Shown here one piece after another: positions 10,214 through 20,396 of a DNA stretch of 64,000 bases (position 1 is the first letter of the stretch; every line of letters begins with the position of its first letter). Both the position numbers and the translations under genes were made by a program. Below the pieces are notes generated by a model. The model was not told the DNA's origin and did not search any database. It saw only the letters and a list, made by a program, of their open reading frames with translations. Source of the stretch: an uncultured Bacillota bacterium (GTDB lineage Bacteria > Bacillota_I > Bacilli_A > RF39 > UBA660); contig OW818670.1 in assembly GCA_942493215.1 (NCBI GenBank), positions 523,298 through 587,297 on the forward strand, given 5' to 3'.

Positions 10214-11329
10214 CTACTCACCTTTTCTTTTTACTTTCTTACCATTTTCAATCATAATTACTTTGGCTTTTTTCACAATTTTTGGATTAATACTCGCTAA
10301 ATCAGTGGCAGTTATAATAGTTTGGCAACTACCATCTATATATTTTAATAGACAGTTTTTCTTTTCCTCATCTAATTCACTAAAAACATCATCTAATAAT
10401 AGAATTGGTTTTGTTCTTTTATATTGAAGAAATATCTCTAATTCCGACAATTTTAAAGCTATAACGGCGCATCTTTGTTGCCCTTGCGAACCATAATTTC
10501 TCAAATTAATACTATCAGTAATAAATTCAAAGTCATCACGATGCGGACCCACAATAGTCATTCCAATTCGACTCTCCTGATCAAAGTTTTTTTTATAACT
10601 ATCCAATAACTCTCTTCTAATAGCATCATCACTAGATAAATCTTTAACTGATGAAAGATAATTAATCTTTAAATTCTTTATACCTGTTATATCAGAAAAG
10701 ATATTACTCACATATTTGTTTATTTTTTCAATATATTTAAGTCGCATTTTGTATATTAAAATAGCTTTATCAATTAAGTGATTTGTTAAAACTTCAAAAT
10801 AATTTTCGTCAAAAGATAAACTTTTAAATCTTTGCTTTAAGCAATCATTACGCATTCGAAGAAGTTTATTGTAATCACTTTGAACTTTTAAAAAACTAGG
10901 AAATAATTGACTTATTTCAATATTAAAGTAATTTCTTCTAAATATTGGTGAACCTTTTACTAATTCTAATTCTTCAGGATAAAAAATAATAATATTTAAT
11001 TTAGAAATATAATCTGAACTCTTCCTAATAACGTTATTATCTATTTCTAAAGTTTTAATGTTATTATTCAATAATACTTTATATTGGGTTTTAGTTTGAT
11101 TTTCTTCAATATGACCACTAACACTATAAAAATGACTGTTTTTTAGGATTAAATCACTATCTTGAATGGCCCGATGCGATTTTGTTAAGCCTAGCAAATA
11201 AATAGATTCCAAAATATTAGTTTTCCCCTGACCATTATTACCTATTATAATATTAATTTTTGACTTAAAGCTAAGAGATAATCTTTTATAATTTCGAAAA
11301 TTAATAAGTTTTAATTGACGTAAAATCAT
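10214..11329 (-). CDS. recF: DNA replication and repair protein RecF
   Basis: 371 aa. Walker [16 protein letters not shown]-like signature, DEL Walker B ([11 protein letters not shown]). Confidence 0.9.
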   Translation of the reverse strand: MILRQLKLINFRNYKRLSLSFKSKINIIIGNNGQGKTNILESIYLLGLTKSHRAIQDSDLILKNSHFYSVSGHIEENQTKTQYKVLLNNNIKTLEIDNNVIRKSSDYISKLNIIIFYPEELELVKGSPIFRRNYFNIEISQLFPSFLKVQSDYNKLLRMRNDCLKQRFKSLSFDENYFEVLTNHLIDKAILIYKMRLKYIEKINKYVSNIFSDITGIKNLKINYLSSVKDLSSDDAIRRELLDSYKKNFDQESRIGMTIVGPHRDDFEFITDSINLRNYGSQGQQRCAVIALKLSELEIFLQYKRTKPILLLDDVFSELDEEKKNCLLKYIDGSCQTIITATDLASINPKIVKKAKVIMIENGKKVKRKGE

Positions 11330-11450
11330 AAAAGCTGCCTCTTTCTATATTTATTTGCCATATAACAAATTAAAAAAATACAAATGTACTCCTATACGTA
11401 CAATAACATTATACCATATATTTTGATGAAAATAAAAAAAATAAGCTGTT

Positions 11451-11909
11451 TTAGCCTATTTTTCTCTGACGCATCATTGATTCCAACCTTGTTGCTCTTA
11501 AAATTTGATTTTCTAATGAAGAATAAGAAATTTTTAGTTCTAAATCCTGTCCGTTGCTTAAAATCAAAATACTACCACTAGAACTGTTTTCACTTTTTCG
11601 ATAATTAGAAATATGTTTCAATGATATCCAATAACAATCATCAATTCTTGGAGAACTAGTTGGAAAAAAAATAATTTCTGTTGATTCTTCTATTATTATT
11701 GGCGTTTTGTAATTGAAACCGATTAAGCTTTTTGTTCCTTCAAATCTCCCAGCATAAGAACTGCCAAAATATCTACAACTATCATCAATAATTTCTGTGG
11801 TAGTTTTATTAATAAAATATATGTTATCATCTTCTATTACTTTCGATACATTACTTTTTATAGGTATTATGGCAATTGTATGCTTATTAATCTCATAGCT
11901 GTCTAACAT
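11451..11909 (-). CDS. comK: ComK-family competence transcription factor (short, 152 aa)
   Basis: Aligns by eye to B. subtilis ComK. DSYEINKHTIAIIP matches ESYEVNGATIAVLP, DSCRYFGSSYAGRFEGT matches RSCRFFGSSYAGRKAGT, TPIIIEESTEIIFFPTSSP and SNGQDLELKISYSSLENQILRATRL are also shared. Confidence 0.7.
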   Translation of the reverse strand: MLDSYEINKHTIAIIPIKSNVSKVIEDDNIYFINKTTTEIIDDSCRYFGSSYAGRFEGTKSLIGFNYKTPIIIEESTEIIFFPTSSPRIDDCYWISLKHISNYRKSENSSSGSILILSNGQDLELKISYSSLENQILRATRLESMMRQRKIG

Positions 11910-12058
11910 TAATTCACCCCCTATCTAATTTTTTTGCAACGAACAAGCAATATTAATAGCACTACTAATTGTCGAATTTTGTTTAATTTTGTCGAAAAAA
12001 GGAAAAAAATAAAAAATGTAACATAAATTGCTACATTTTTATATATATTTACCAAATA

Positions 12059-13180
12059 TTAATATATCCTAATCGGTACAATTAACTGAATTAATTCGTC
12101 TGTTTCCGGATTTTTAATAATAAATGGTTTCAAATTACCATTGAATTGAATTTGTAATTCCATACAATTAAATGCTTTAATAGCATCCATCATATATTTT
12201 GAACTAAACGCTATTGATATTTCCTCGCTATTATCTTTTTCAACAGCTAATTTTTCGGTAACATTTCCAATTTCTGGAATATTTGAAGAAATTATAATTT
12301 GATCCTTTTTACTTTCTAATTTTATAGTATTTTTATCAAATTCATTCGTTAATAATGATGCTCGATCAATTGCTCCATAAAAATCATTAACATTTACTTT
12401 AATATTTAATAAAAATTCTTCAGGTATTAATTTTGAAATATCTGGATAAGTATCATTTATTAATCTTGACATAACAATTAAATTTTCAAATTTAAATATA
12501 ATCTTATTATTAAAAATGTGTAATTCAATATTATTATCATCATTCATGAGCATCCTTACTACTTCTAATAAATTTTTATTAGGAATAATAATATTTACTA
12601 TTTCATCATAGGCTTTAGCAAGAGTAACAGTTTTTTTAGCTAAACGATAAGAATCGGTTGCAACACATTCAAGTTTATCATTGCTTATTTTTAAATTTAT
12701 ACCTGTTAATGAAGGACGTGATTCTTGACTAGAAGTAGCAAATGATGTTTGATTTATTACATTCTTAAAAATCCTTTGAGATAAAATAATAGGATTTTTA
12801 TTTTCCTCTAGTGATATATTAGGAAACTCTGAAACGTTATTACAATTTAAGTTAAAATTAGAAGCATCAGTACTTATATATATCTTTGAAGATTCAACTT
12901 CTTCAATATTTATAATAGTATTAGGTAATTTTCTAATAATCTCATATATATATTTACCAGCTACAACAAATTCACCTAATTCAATTATTTCTTCAATTGA
13001 ACTTTTGGGAATAAACGCTTTAATAGCTAAATCATTATCTGTACTTAATAAATATAAACCATCACTTGTTAAGTCAAATTTTATACAGTTAAGAATTGGT
13101 ATTAAGTTTTTTGATGATACTCCTTTAATTACGTAATTTAATTGTTCCATCAATATTTTTTGATTGATTAATAATTTCAT
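12059..13180 (-). CDS. dnaN: DNA polymerase III beta sliding clamp
   Basis: 373 aa, three-domain beta clamp. Canonical dnaA-dnaN adjacency. Confidence 0.9.
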   Translation of the reverse strand: MKLLINQKILMEQLNYVIKGVSSKNLIPILNCIKFDLTSDGLYLLSTDNDLAIKAFIPKSSIEEIIELGEFVVAGKYIYEIIRKLPNTIINIEEVESSKIYISTDASNFNLNCNNVSEFPNISLEENKNPIILSQRIFKNVINQTSFATSSQESRPSLTGINLKISNDKLECVATDSYRLAKKTVTLAKAYDEIVNIIIPNKNLLEVVRMLMNDDNNIELHIFNNKIIFKFENLIVMSRLINDTYPDISKLIPEEFLLNIKVNVNDFYGAIDRASLLTNEFDKNTIKLESKKDQIIISSNIPEIGNVTEKLAVEKDNSEEISIAFSSKYMMDAIKAFNCMELQIQFNGNLKPFIIKNPETDELIQLIVPIRIY

Positions 13181-13297
13181 ATTTTTGTACCTTCTTTCTT
13201 TTTTATATATATTATTATTATTATAGATGTGGAAAAAGTTTAAAACTATCTTTTTTGTTATAATATAAGCAATTATTTAGGTTTTTGTTTTCCACAT
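13181..13297. promoter_or_regulatory. dnaA-dnaN intergenic part of oriC: DnaA boxes plus an AT-rich unwinding element
   Basis: TGTGGAAAA (13228-13236), TTTTCCACA (13288-13296), TGTTCCACA (13308-13316, inside the dnaA 3' end). The (TA/TTA)n tract at 13201-13226 is a candidate DNA unwinding element (DUE). Confidence 0.7.
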
Positions 13298-14659
13298 TTA
13301 CTTTATTTGTTCCACAATCTTATTTATTTCTTGTTCTAAATTACTATCTTTAACAATAGCTTTTTTAATTTTATCAACTGAATGCATAACGGTAGTGTGA
13401 TCTTTTCCACCAAATTCAAGTCCAATTTTAGGTAATGATTCTTTTAAAAAGATTCTACAAATGTACATCCCTATCTGTCTTGGAACAGAAATCGTCATCA
13501 TTCTCTTCTTACTTTTTAAATCTTCTACACTAATATTATAGTTATTAGCAATAATTTGTTGGACTTGATTAATTTTATTTTTTGAAATAAAGGTTTTACC
13601 AAAGTAGTCTTTTAAGGCTTCGACCGCTAATTCTAAAGTAATATCAGAACCATTCATAATGGTTGCATAAGCAAAAATTCTTGTAATAGCGCCCTCTAAT
13701 TTTCTTATATCACTTGTACAGTTACTAGCAATATAATCTTTTACATCATTTGGAAAATATGATGCTATCCCCTGTCCTTCAATTTTTTTGTCAATTATAT
13801 TTAACCTTAAAGGTAAATCTGGTGGTAATAAATCAACGGTAATTCCCCAATAAAATCTTGTTTTTAAACGATCTTCAAATTTCTTTAAATCATCTGGTGA
13901 TCTATCAGAACAAATTATGATCTGCTTATTTTTTTGATGTAATTCATTAAAAGTGTTGAAAAATTCTTGTTGCGTTTTACTAGCAATTTCAAGATATTGA
14001 ATATCATCAATCATTAAAACATCTAAATCTCGATATTTTCTTTTAAAATTTTCGATGGCTGAAAAATTATTCTCATCTTTATTTTTCCTATATAAATCTA
14101 AAAAGTCTTCGACAAATTTTTCACAAGTAATATAAAGTACCCTTTTATTTGTATTTTTTGATATATAATTACCAATTGCATGTATTAAATGCGTTTTTCC
14201 TAAGCCACTGTTGCCATATATAAATAAAGGATTATAAACATAACCTGGTTTTTCAGCTACCGCTAGTGCTGTAGCTTGAGCAAATTTGTTACTATTTCCA
14301 ACAATAAATGTATCAAAAGTATATTGTGGATTTAAATTAGTTTCAAAATTAATATTATTAGGTACGCCCATTTCATCAGTATTTACTTCAATATTCTTTT
14401 CTTGTTCTTCCTCAGTAATATACTCTATTTGAAAGTTTGATCCTGTAATATCAGTAAATATTTCTTCCACTATATCATTATAACTTTCTTTAATATGTTT
14501 TTTATGAATATGCATAGGAACTAGAACAATTGCTTTGTTATCTTTTATTTCAATTAGGGTTGTATCTTTGAACCAAGTATCGAAAGACATAGGTGCTAGT
14601 TGATCTTTTATTCTAGATAAACATGATTGCCAAATGTTTTCCACATCCATAAAACCCAC
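13298..14659 (-). CDS. dnaA: Chromosomal replication initiator DnaA
   Basis: 453 aa. AAA+ Walker A GNSGLGKTHL, and a C-terminal DnaA-box-binding helix-turn-helix. Confidence 0.95.
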   Translation of the reverse strand: MGFMDVENIWQSCLSRIKDQLAPMSFDTWFKDTTLIEIKDNKAIVLVPMHIHKKHIKESYNDIVEEIFTDITGSNFQIEYITEEEQEKNIEVNTDEMGVPNNINFETNLNPQYTFDTFIVGNSNKFAQATALAVAEKPGYVYNPLFIYGNSGLGKTHLIHAIGNYISKNTNKRVLYITCEKFVEDFLDLYRKNKDENNFSAIENFKRKYRDLDVLMIDDIQYLEIASKTQQEFFNTFNELHQKNKQIIICSDRSPDDLKKFEDRLKTRFYWGITVDLLPPDLPLRLNIIDKKIEGQGIASYFPNDVKDYIASNCTSDIRKLEGAITRIFAYATIMNGSDITLELAVEALKDYFGKTFISKNKINQVQQIIANNYNISVEDLKSKKRMMTISVPRQIGMYICRIFLKESLPKIGLEFGGKDHTTVMHSVDKIKKAIVKDSNLEQEINKIVEQIK

Positions 14660-14739
14660 CCACTCTCGCTAATTACCTATATCTTACAATAAAAATAAGA
14701 AAAAAGAAAGCAAAAAAAAACTTAAAAAAACAAATCACA

Positions 14740-14906
14740 TTTTTTTCCACCATAAAACACCTTTAAAAACAATAAATAATGTAGTTTTCCACACCTAAAA
14801 ATTATTTTTTCCACATATTAAAAATTCCACATTAATAACTTTTCCACATAGCTGTTGAAAAGTCCAAAATATAAAGTAAAATTATGAATACATTTATGTG
14901 GAAAAA
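14740..14906. promoter_or_regulatory. Upstream oriC DnaA-box cluster
   Basis: TTTTTCCACC at 14741, TTTTCCACA at 14785, 14807 and 14840, AATTCCACA at 14823, and inverted TGTGGAAAA at 14897. That is six boxes in about 170 bp upstream of dnaA. Confidence 0.75.
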
Positions 14907-14934
14907 TATGTTGAATGATATTTTAAGAATCTAT

Positions 14935-14963
14935 TTGACAATCATTACTTATTATAATATAAT
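14935..14963 (+). promoter_or_regulatory. sigma-A promoter of the rpmH-rnpA operon
   Basis: TTGACA (14935-14940), 17-bp spacer, TATAAT (14958-14963). RBS AGGAGGTG lies ahead of rpmH. Confidence 0.6.
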
Positions 14964-15005
14964 GTTCTAGACAGCGAATCAGTAGCACAGGAGGTGTGAG
15001 ATAAT

Positions 15006-15128
15006 ATGAAGAGAACTTATCAACCAAATAAGAGAAAAAAGAGTAAAGTAAACGGATTTTTAGCAAGAGTAAAGACTGGTATTGTAGCAAGAAGACGTAG
15101 AAAAGGCCGTAAAGTTTTAGCTCATTAA
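15006..15128 (+). CDS. rpmH: 50S ribosomal protein L34
   Basis: Manual translation gives [40 protein letters not shown]. Not in the ORF track because it is under 60 aa. Strong SD. Confidence 0.85.
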   Translation: MKRTYQPNKRKKSKVNGFLARVKTGIVARRRRKGRKVLAH

Positions 15129-15134
15129 TAAATA

Positions 15135-15162
15135 CCACTGGATCTTCAGTGGTTTTATTTTT
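15135..15162 (+). terminator. Rho-independent terminator/attenuator after rpmH
   Basis: CCACTG-gatctt-CAGTGG followed by TTTTATTTTT. Confidence 0.6.
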
Positions 15163-15180
15163 AATTGATAGAGGTGGAAT

Positions 15181-15522
15181 ATGAAAAAAATTAATACTAT
15201 TAAGGAAAATAAAGAATATGATCGTATCATAAAAACTTATCGTCCTTATCGTACCCTAATAGCCAATATTTTTTTTGAAGAAGGAAACTATGACTATTAT
15301 CGTTTTGGTATTTCTGTTAGTAAAAAGATTGGACCGGCTGTTGTTAGAAATAAACTAAAACGGCAGATTAAGACGATTATTGATAAAAACATCTATCAAA
15401 AAAAGTTTAATTGTATTATAATATTGAAAAAAGAGATATTAGATAAAAATTATGATGAAATGGAAAAAACACTTAATAAAGCCTTTGAATCATTGAAAAT
15501 AAAAAAAGGAGCAAATGAATGA
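15181..15522 (+). CDS. rnpA: RNase P protein component
   Basis: 113 aa, basic, with an RNR-like motif (KLKRQIK). Conserved rpmH-rnpA-yidC order. Confidence 0.85.
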   Translation: MKKINTIKENKEYDRIIKTYRPYRTLIANIFFEEGNYDYYRFGISVSKKIGPAVVRNKLKRQIKTIIDKNIYQKKFNCIIILKKEILDKNYDEMEKTLNKAFESLKIKKGANE

Positions 15523-16442
15523 AAAAATTAAAAACAATAATAATTATCCTAATGCTGACATTAACCCTAACTGGTTGTACTCAACAATTAAAAGATAAGA
15601 ATGGTAAACTTGTTCAAAATCCTGAAACAGGTCAAACTTTAGCTTCTAACATTATTTGCCAACCGGAAGATAAAAAAACACTAGAGATATATGCTAAAAA
15701 CAAAATTGATATTAGTAAATTACCTAAATGTTCAGAATTTAAAGTTACATCTGGTGGTTATGAAGGTTTATGGACCAGTATTTTTGTTAAACCATTATCA
15801 TGGTTAATTATTGAAACCGCAAAATTTGTTAGTAATTATGGTATAGCTATTATTATTATAACCTTATTAATTAGAGCTATATTAATGCCTGTAACAAATA
15901 AAACCGTTTCTCAAACCGAGAAAATGAATAAAATTAAACCGGAATTAGAAAAATTAGAAAAAAAATATAGTAATAAAAATGATAAAGATGCAGCAATGCA
16001 AAAGAATCAAGAGATGATGCTAATATATAAGAAGAATGATATTAACCCAATGTCAGGTTGTATCTTTGCTTTTTTACAAATTCCTTTATTCTTTGCATTC
16101 TATGAAGCATTAAGCCGTATACCGGCCATCTATGAATCAAACTTTTTATTTTTCCAATTAGGAACTAGTCCGGCCGTAGCTGTTCAAAATGGTCAATGGT
16201 ATTATATTATATCTATTATTTTAATTTTTTTAGTTACTTTTTATTCCTTTAAATTAAATCCAACTGCATCAGTAAGTGTTGATCAAGAAAAGCAAATGAA
16301 GATATTTACTTATGTGTTTGTCGGTATAATTGTTGTAGCATCAATAACTATGCCAACTTGTATTGCTATATATTGGATAATAAATAATAGTTTCACAGTA
16401 ATTCAGAATCTATTAGTTAAAAGGAGGAAAAGAAATGTTTAA
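15519..16442 (+). CDS. yidC: Membrane protein insertase YidC/SpoIIIJ (lipoprotein)
   Basis: 307 aa. Lipobox LTLTGC, 60-kDa inner-membrane insertase core with multiple TMs. Confidence 0.9.
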   Translation: MKKLKTIIIILMLTLTLTGCTQQLKDKNGKLVQNPETGQTLASNIICQPEDKKTLEIYAKNKIDISKLPKCSEFKVTSGGYEGLWTSIFVKPLSWLIIETAKFVSNYGIAIIIITLLIRAILMPVTNKTVSQTEKMNKIKPELEKLEKKYSNKNDKDAAMQKNQEMMLIYKKNDINPMSGCIFAFLQIPLFFAFYEALSRIPAIYESNFLFFQLGTSPAVAVQNGQWYYIISIILIFLVTFYSFKLNPTASVSVDQEKQMKIFTYVFVGIIVVASITMPTCIAIYWIINNSFTVIQNLLVKRRKRNV

Positions 16443-17058
16443 AGTATACAAATATGAAGGAAAAGATCGTGATCAATTATTATCACAATGTCAAAATGAA
16501 ACGATGGTTGGTCTTGAACAATTGTATATTAACGAAAATGTTGTCGAAACAGGTTTATTTAAAAGTAAAAAGTATATAATTGAAGTAACAAAAAAGGAAG
16601 ACGTTATAGCTTATATCAAAGAATTTATTAAAAAGATCTGTTCTTTTATGGGAATAAATATTGATATGGAAGTGCATGAAAAAGAGGATATTATAAACGT
16701 GTCTTTAGTTTCTGATAATAATCCTGTCTTAATAGGGAAAGAGGGAAGAACTCTTAATTCTATGCAAGTTCTATTACGTCAAGCTATTAAAAACAACAAT
16801 AATTTTAATATCAAAGTTAATCTAGACGCATCAAATTATCGTTCTCGAAAAGAAGATCGGTTAGAACACAATGTTAAAGATATAGCTCGTGATGTGTTAA
16901 AAACAAAAGTAGCAGTGAATTTAGATCCAATGAATTCATATGAAAGAAGAATTGTTCATTCAGTTATTTCTGAATTTAAAGATTTAGAGACTATAAGTAA
17001 TGGTGAAGAACCTAATCGTTTTGTAACTATAAAATATAAGGATGAAGAAGAGCGTTAA
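16435..17058 (+). CDS. jag: Jag/KhpB RNA-binding protein (KH plus R3H)
   Basis: 207 aa with a C-terminal R3H-like domain. Conserved position after yidC. Confidence 0.8.
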   Translation: MFKVYKYEGKDRDQLLSQCQNETMVGLEQLYINENVVETGLFKSKKYIIEVTKKEDVIAYIKEFIKKICSFMGINIDMEVHEKEDIINVSLVSDNNPVLIGKEGRTLNSMQVLLRQAIKNNNNFNIKVNLDASNYRSRKEDRLEHNVKDIARDVLKTKVAVNLDPMNSYERRIVHSVISEFKDLETISNGEEPNRFVTIKYKDEEER

Positions 17059-17141
17059 AAACACTCTTTTTTCTTGACTATTAATACTAATAACTGTAAA
17101 ATTAATAAGATGAAACGAAGAAATATAAAAAAGGTGATATT

Positions 17142-18494
17142 ATGGAGGATACCATTGCAGCTATTTCAACATCGTTGGGAGTAGGGGCTATATCAATAAT
17201 AAGATTAAGTGGATCACAATCAATACCGATTGTAAATAGTATTTTTCATGGTAAAAACTTAAATAAAGTAGTAACTCATACTATTAACTATGGTTATATT
17301 GAAGATAACAATATTAAAATAGATGAAGTTCTAATATCCGTTATGCGTGCTCCTAAAACATTCACAAAAGAAGATGTGGTGGAAATTAATTGTCATGGTG
17401 GGATCGCCACCACGAAACGAGTTTTAGAATTACTGCTTGAACATGGCTGTCGTTTAGCTCAACCCGGAGAATTTACTAAAAGAGCTTTTTTAAATGGTCG
17501 AATAGATTTAGTTGAGGCAGAAGGAATTATGAATTTAATAGAAGCTAAAACTGAACAATCACGTGGTTTAGCTTTAAAACAAATGGGTGGTCAAACTTCT
17601 AATATGATTAAGGAGTTAAAAGCCCAGATATTAAAAATTATGGCATCGATTGAAGTAAATATTGATTATCCTGAATATGAAGATATTGAGAAAGTTACTT
17701 TTGATCAAATTAGTTCTTTTATAATTGATATTAAAATTAAATTAGAAAAATTATTACTTGCATGTCAAAACAGTCGTTTAATTAAGGAAGGAATAGAAAC
17801 AATAATTATTGGTCGACCTAATGTTGGTAAGAGCAGTATTTTAAATACTTTAATAGATGAGGAAAAAGCTATTGTAACTGACATTGCGGGAACTACTAGA
17901 GATATTGTTGAAGGTCAGATTAATATTGATGGTTTTATTCTAAATATTATGGACACAGCCGGTATAAGAGCAACAAGCAATCAAGTAGAGGCTATTGGTG
18001 TAAAAAAAAGTTTATCTTTAATGGAATCGGCTGATCTAATTCTTTTTATTCTTAATAATAATGAGGAACTAACAGAAGAAGATTTAACAATATTAGATAA
18101 AATAAAGAATAAAAACTATATTATTGTTATAAATAAAATAGATTTAAATAAAAAGATTAATACTGAATTATTAAAAGGACCAATAGTATACTTAAGTGCT
18201 ATAGAAAATATTGGTTTTGAGGATTTGAAAAAAGAAATTAAAAGTATTTTAAATTTAGATAAAATTGATTTGCAAGACTTAACTTATTTAACTAATGCGG
18301 AAAGTATATCACTAATTAGGAATAGTTTAAAGACATTGACATCAATTGAAGAGGCTATAAAAAACAATGTCTCATTAGATTTAATTGAAATGGATATCCG
18401 CAGTATTTATGATGATTTATCAAAGATATTAGGCGAAACTTATGACGAGGATATTATTGATGCTTTGTTTAAAAATTTCTGTTTAGGAAAATAA
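17142..18494 (+). CDS. mnmE: tRNA modification GTPase MnmE
   Basis: 450 aa. G1 GRPNVGKSS, G3 DTAG, C-terminal CxGK (FCLGK). Confidence 0.9.
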   Translation: MEDTIAAISTSLGVGAISIIRLSGSQSIPIVNSIFHGKNLNKVVTHTINYGYIEDNNIKIDEVLISVMRAPKTFTKEDVVEINCHGGIATTKRVLELLLEHGCRLAQPGEFTKRAFLNGRIDLVEAEGIMNLIEAKTEQSRGLALKQMGGQTSNMIKELKAQILKIMASIEVNIDYPEYEDIEKVTFDQISSFIIDIKIKLEKLLLACQNSRLIKEGIETIIIGRPNVGKSSILNTLIDEEKAIVTDIAGTTRDIVEGQINIDGFILNIMDTAGIRATSNQVEAIGVKKSLSLMESADLILFILNNNEELTEEDLTILDKIKNKNYIIVINKIDLNKKINTELLKGPIVYLSAIENIGFEDLKKEIKSILNLDKIDLQDLTYLTNAESISLIRNSLKTLTSIEEAIKNNVSLDLIEMDIRSIYDDLSKILGETYDEDIIDALFKNFCLGK

Positions 18495-18512
18495 AAAGAA
18501 AGGAGGATTTAT

Positions 18513-20396
18513 ATGGATTATGAAATAATTGTCGTTGGTGGTGGACATGCTGGCTGTGAGGCTGCTTTGGCTTGCGCTAGAAAAAGACATCGTACTTTAC
18601 TTATAACAAGTAATATTAAAAATATAGCTGATATGCCATGTAATCCTTCGATTGGTGGTAGTGCTAAAGGTATAGTTGTAAGAGAAATTGATGCTTTAGG
18701 CGGTGAAATGGGTGGGAATGCTGATAAGGCGCAATTACAAATGAAAATGTTAAATGATAAGAAGGGTCCTGCTATTCAATCCTTAAGAGCCCAAGCTGAT
18801 AAAATAACCTATCCCCAAGAGATGTTAAAAACACTCCAAAATCAAGAATGTTTAACAATTAAAGAAGCCATGGTTGAAGATTTGTTGGTTGAAGAAAACA
18901 TAATAAAAGGTATTATGTTGGAAGATAGCACTAAAATTATTTCCCAAGCTGTTATTATAACAACAGGAACCTATTTACGTGCTGATATAATGGTGGGAAA
19001 TACTAGGACTAGTGAGGGTCCACATGGTGAACGACCAAGTAAATTTTTAAGTAATAATCTAGCGAAACTAGGTTTTAAAATAATACGTTTAAAAACAGGT
19101 ACACCTCAGCGAATAGCGAAATCTAGTATTGATTTTAGTAAAACGAAAGAGGAAAAGGGTAGTGATGAGCTATTAACATTCAGTTTTGATAATGAACCAA
19201 ACTATAATATTGATGATCAATTACCTTGTCATTTGATATATACGACCGAAGAAACTCATAATATAATTCGTAAAAATCTTCATAAAGCTAGTATGTATGG
19301 TGGTTTAAGTGATATTACAGGAGTTGGTCCTAGATATTGTCCTTCCATAGAAGATAAAGTTGTACGTTTTAGTGATAAAGAAAGGCATCAATTATTTTTA
19401 GAACCAGAAAGTCGTTATTATGATGATATATATGTTCAGGGTTTTTCTACCAGTATGCCTCATAATATTCAAGAAGAAATGGTTCACAGTTTACCAGGTT
19501 TGGAACATGCTAAAATATTAAAATATGCCTACGCTATTGAATATGATGCTATATATCCTACGCAATTAAAGCAAAATTTAGAAACAAAATTAATTGAAAA
19601 CCTTTATACAGCTGGTCAAATTAATGGAACAAGTGGTTATGAAGAAGCTGCCTGTCAAGGATTAATGGCTGGTATTAATGCCTCTTTAAAATTAGAGGGA
19701 AAAGAACCGTTTATATTAAAAAGAAGTGACGCCTATATTGGTGTTTTAATTGATGATTTAGTTACAAAAGGGATAAGGGATCCTTATCGTTTATTAACAT
19801 CAAGGGCTGAATATCGTCTTTTATTACGCCATGATAATGCTGATTTAAGATTAAGAGAGATGGGTTATCAAATAGGATTAATTTCCGAAGAGCAACATCA
19901 AAAATTATTAAATAAGATAGACTTAATTAATGAATTAATAAATAAATTAAAAGGAAATAAGATTATTCCTAATAAAGAAACAAATGACTATCTAACAAAT
20001 AATAATTCAGCCATTATAAAAGATGGATTAAGTTTATATAATTTATTAAAAAGACCAGAAATTACTATGACAAATATTGAGCATTTTTATCCGATCGAAT
20101 ATAATAAAGCTATAGTTGAACAAGTAGAAATAATGATTAAGTACGAAGGTTATATTGATAAAGCAATTAAAGAAGCCAATAAAATGATTAATATGGAAAA
20201 TAAATTAATACCTTTAGATATTGATTATGATAAAGTTAAGAATTTAGCCAGTGAAGCTCGTCAGAAATTAAAAGAAATACGACCAACATCTTTAGGACAA
20301 GCATTACGAATTAGTGGCGTTAATCCTGCTGATATATCAATTCTAATGGTTTACTTAAAAAAGGAGTTTAATCATGACCGAAACACAGTTTGTTAA
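18513..20396 (+). CDS. mnmG: tRNA uridine 5-carboxymethylaminomethyl modification enzyme MnmG
   Basis: 627 aa. FAD-binding VVGGGHAGCEAA. Confidence 0.95.
   Translation: MDYEIIVVGGGHAGCEAALACARKRHRTLLITSNIKNIADMPCNPSIGGSAKGIVVREIDALGGEMGGNADKAQLQMKMLNDKKGPAIQSLRAQADKITYPQEMLKTLQNQECLTIKEAMVEDLLVEENIIKGIMLEDSTKIISQAVIITTGTYLRADIMVGNTRTSEGPHGERPSKFLSNNLAKLGFKIIRLKTGTPQRIAKSSIDFSKTKEEKGSDELLTFSFDNEPNYNIDDQLPCHLIYTTEETHNIIRKNLHKASMYGGLSDITGVGPRYCPSIEDKVVRFSDKERHQLFLEPESRYYDDIYVQGFSTSMPHNIQEEMVHSLPGLEHAKILKYAYAIEYDAIYPTQLKQNLETKLIENLYTAGQINGTSGYEEAACQGLMAGINASLKLEGKEPFILKRSDAYIGVLIDDLVTKGIRDPYRLLTSRAEYRLLLRHDNADLRLREMGYQIGLISEEQHQKLLNKIDLINELINKLKGNKIIPNKETNDYLTNNNSAIIKDGLSLYNLLKRPEITMTNIEHFYPIEYNKAIVEQVEIMIKYEGYIDKAIKEANKMINMENKLIPLDIDYDKVKNLASEARQKLKEIRPTSLGQALRISGVNPADISILMVYLKKEFNHDRNTVC

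Noticed and set aside
14923-15138. 71-aa minus-strand ORF
   Set aside because: It overlaps the strongly supported rpmH (L34) gene and its promoter and RBS on the plus strand.
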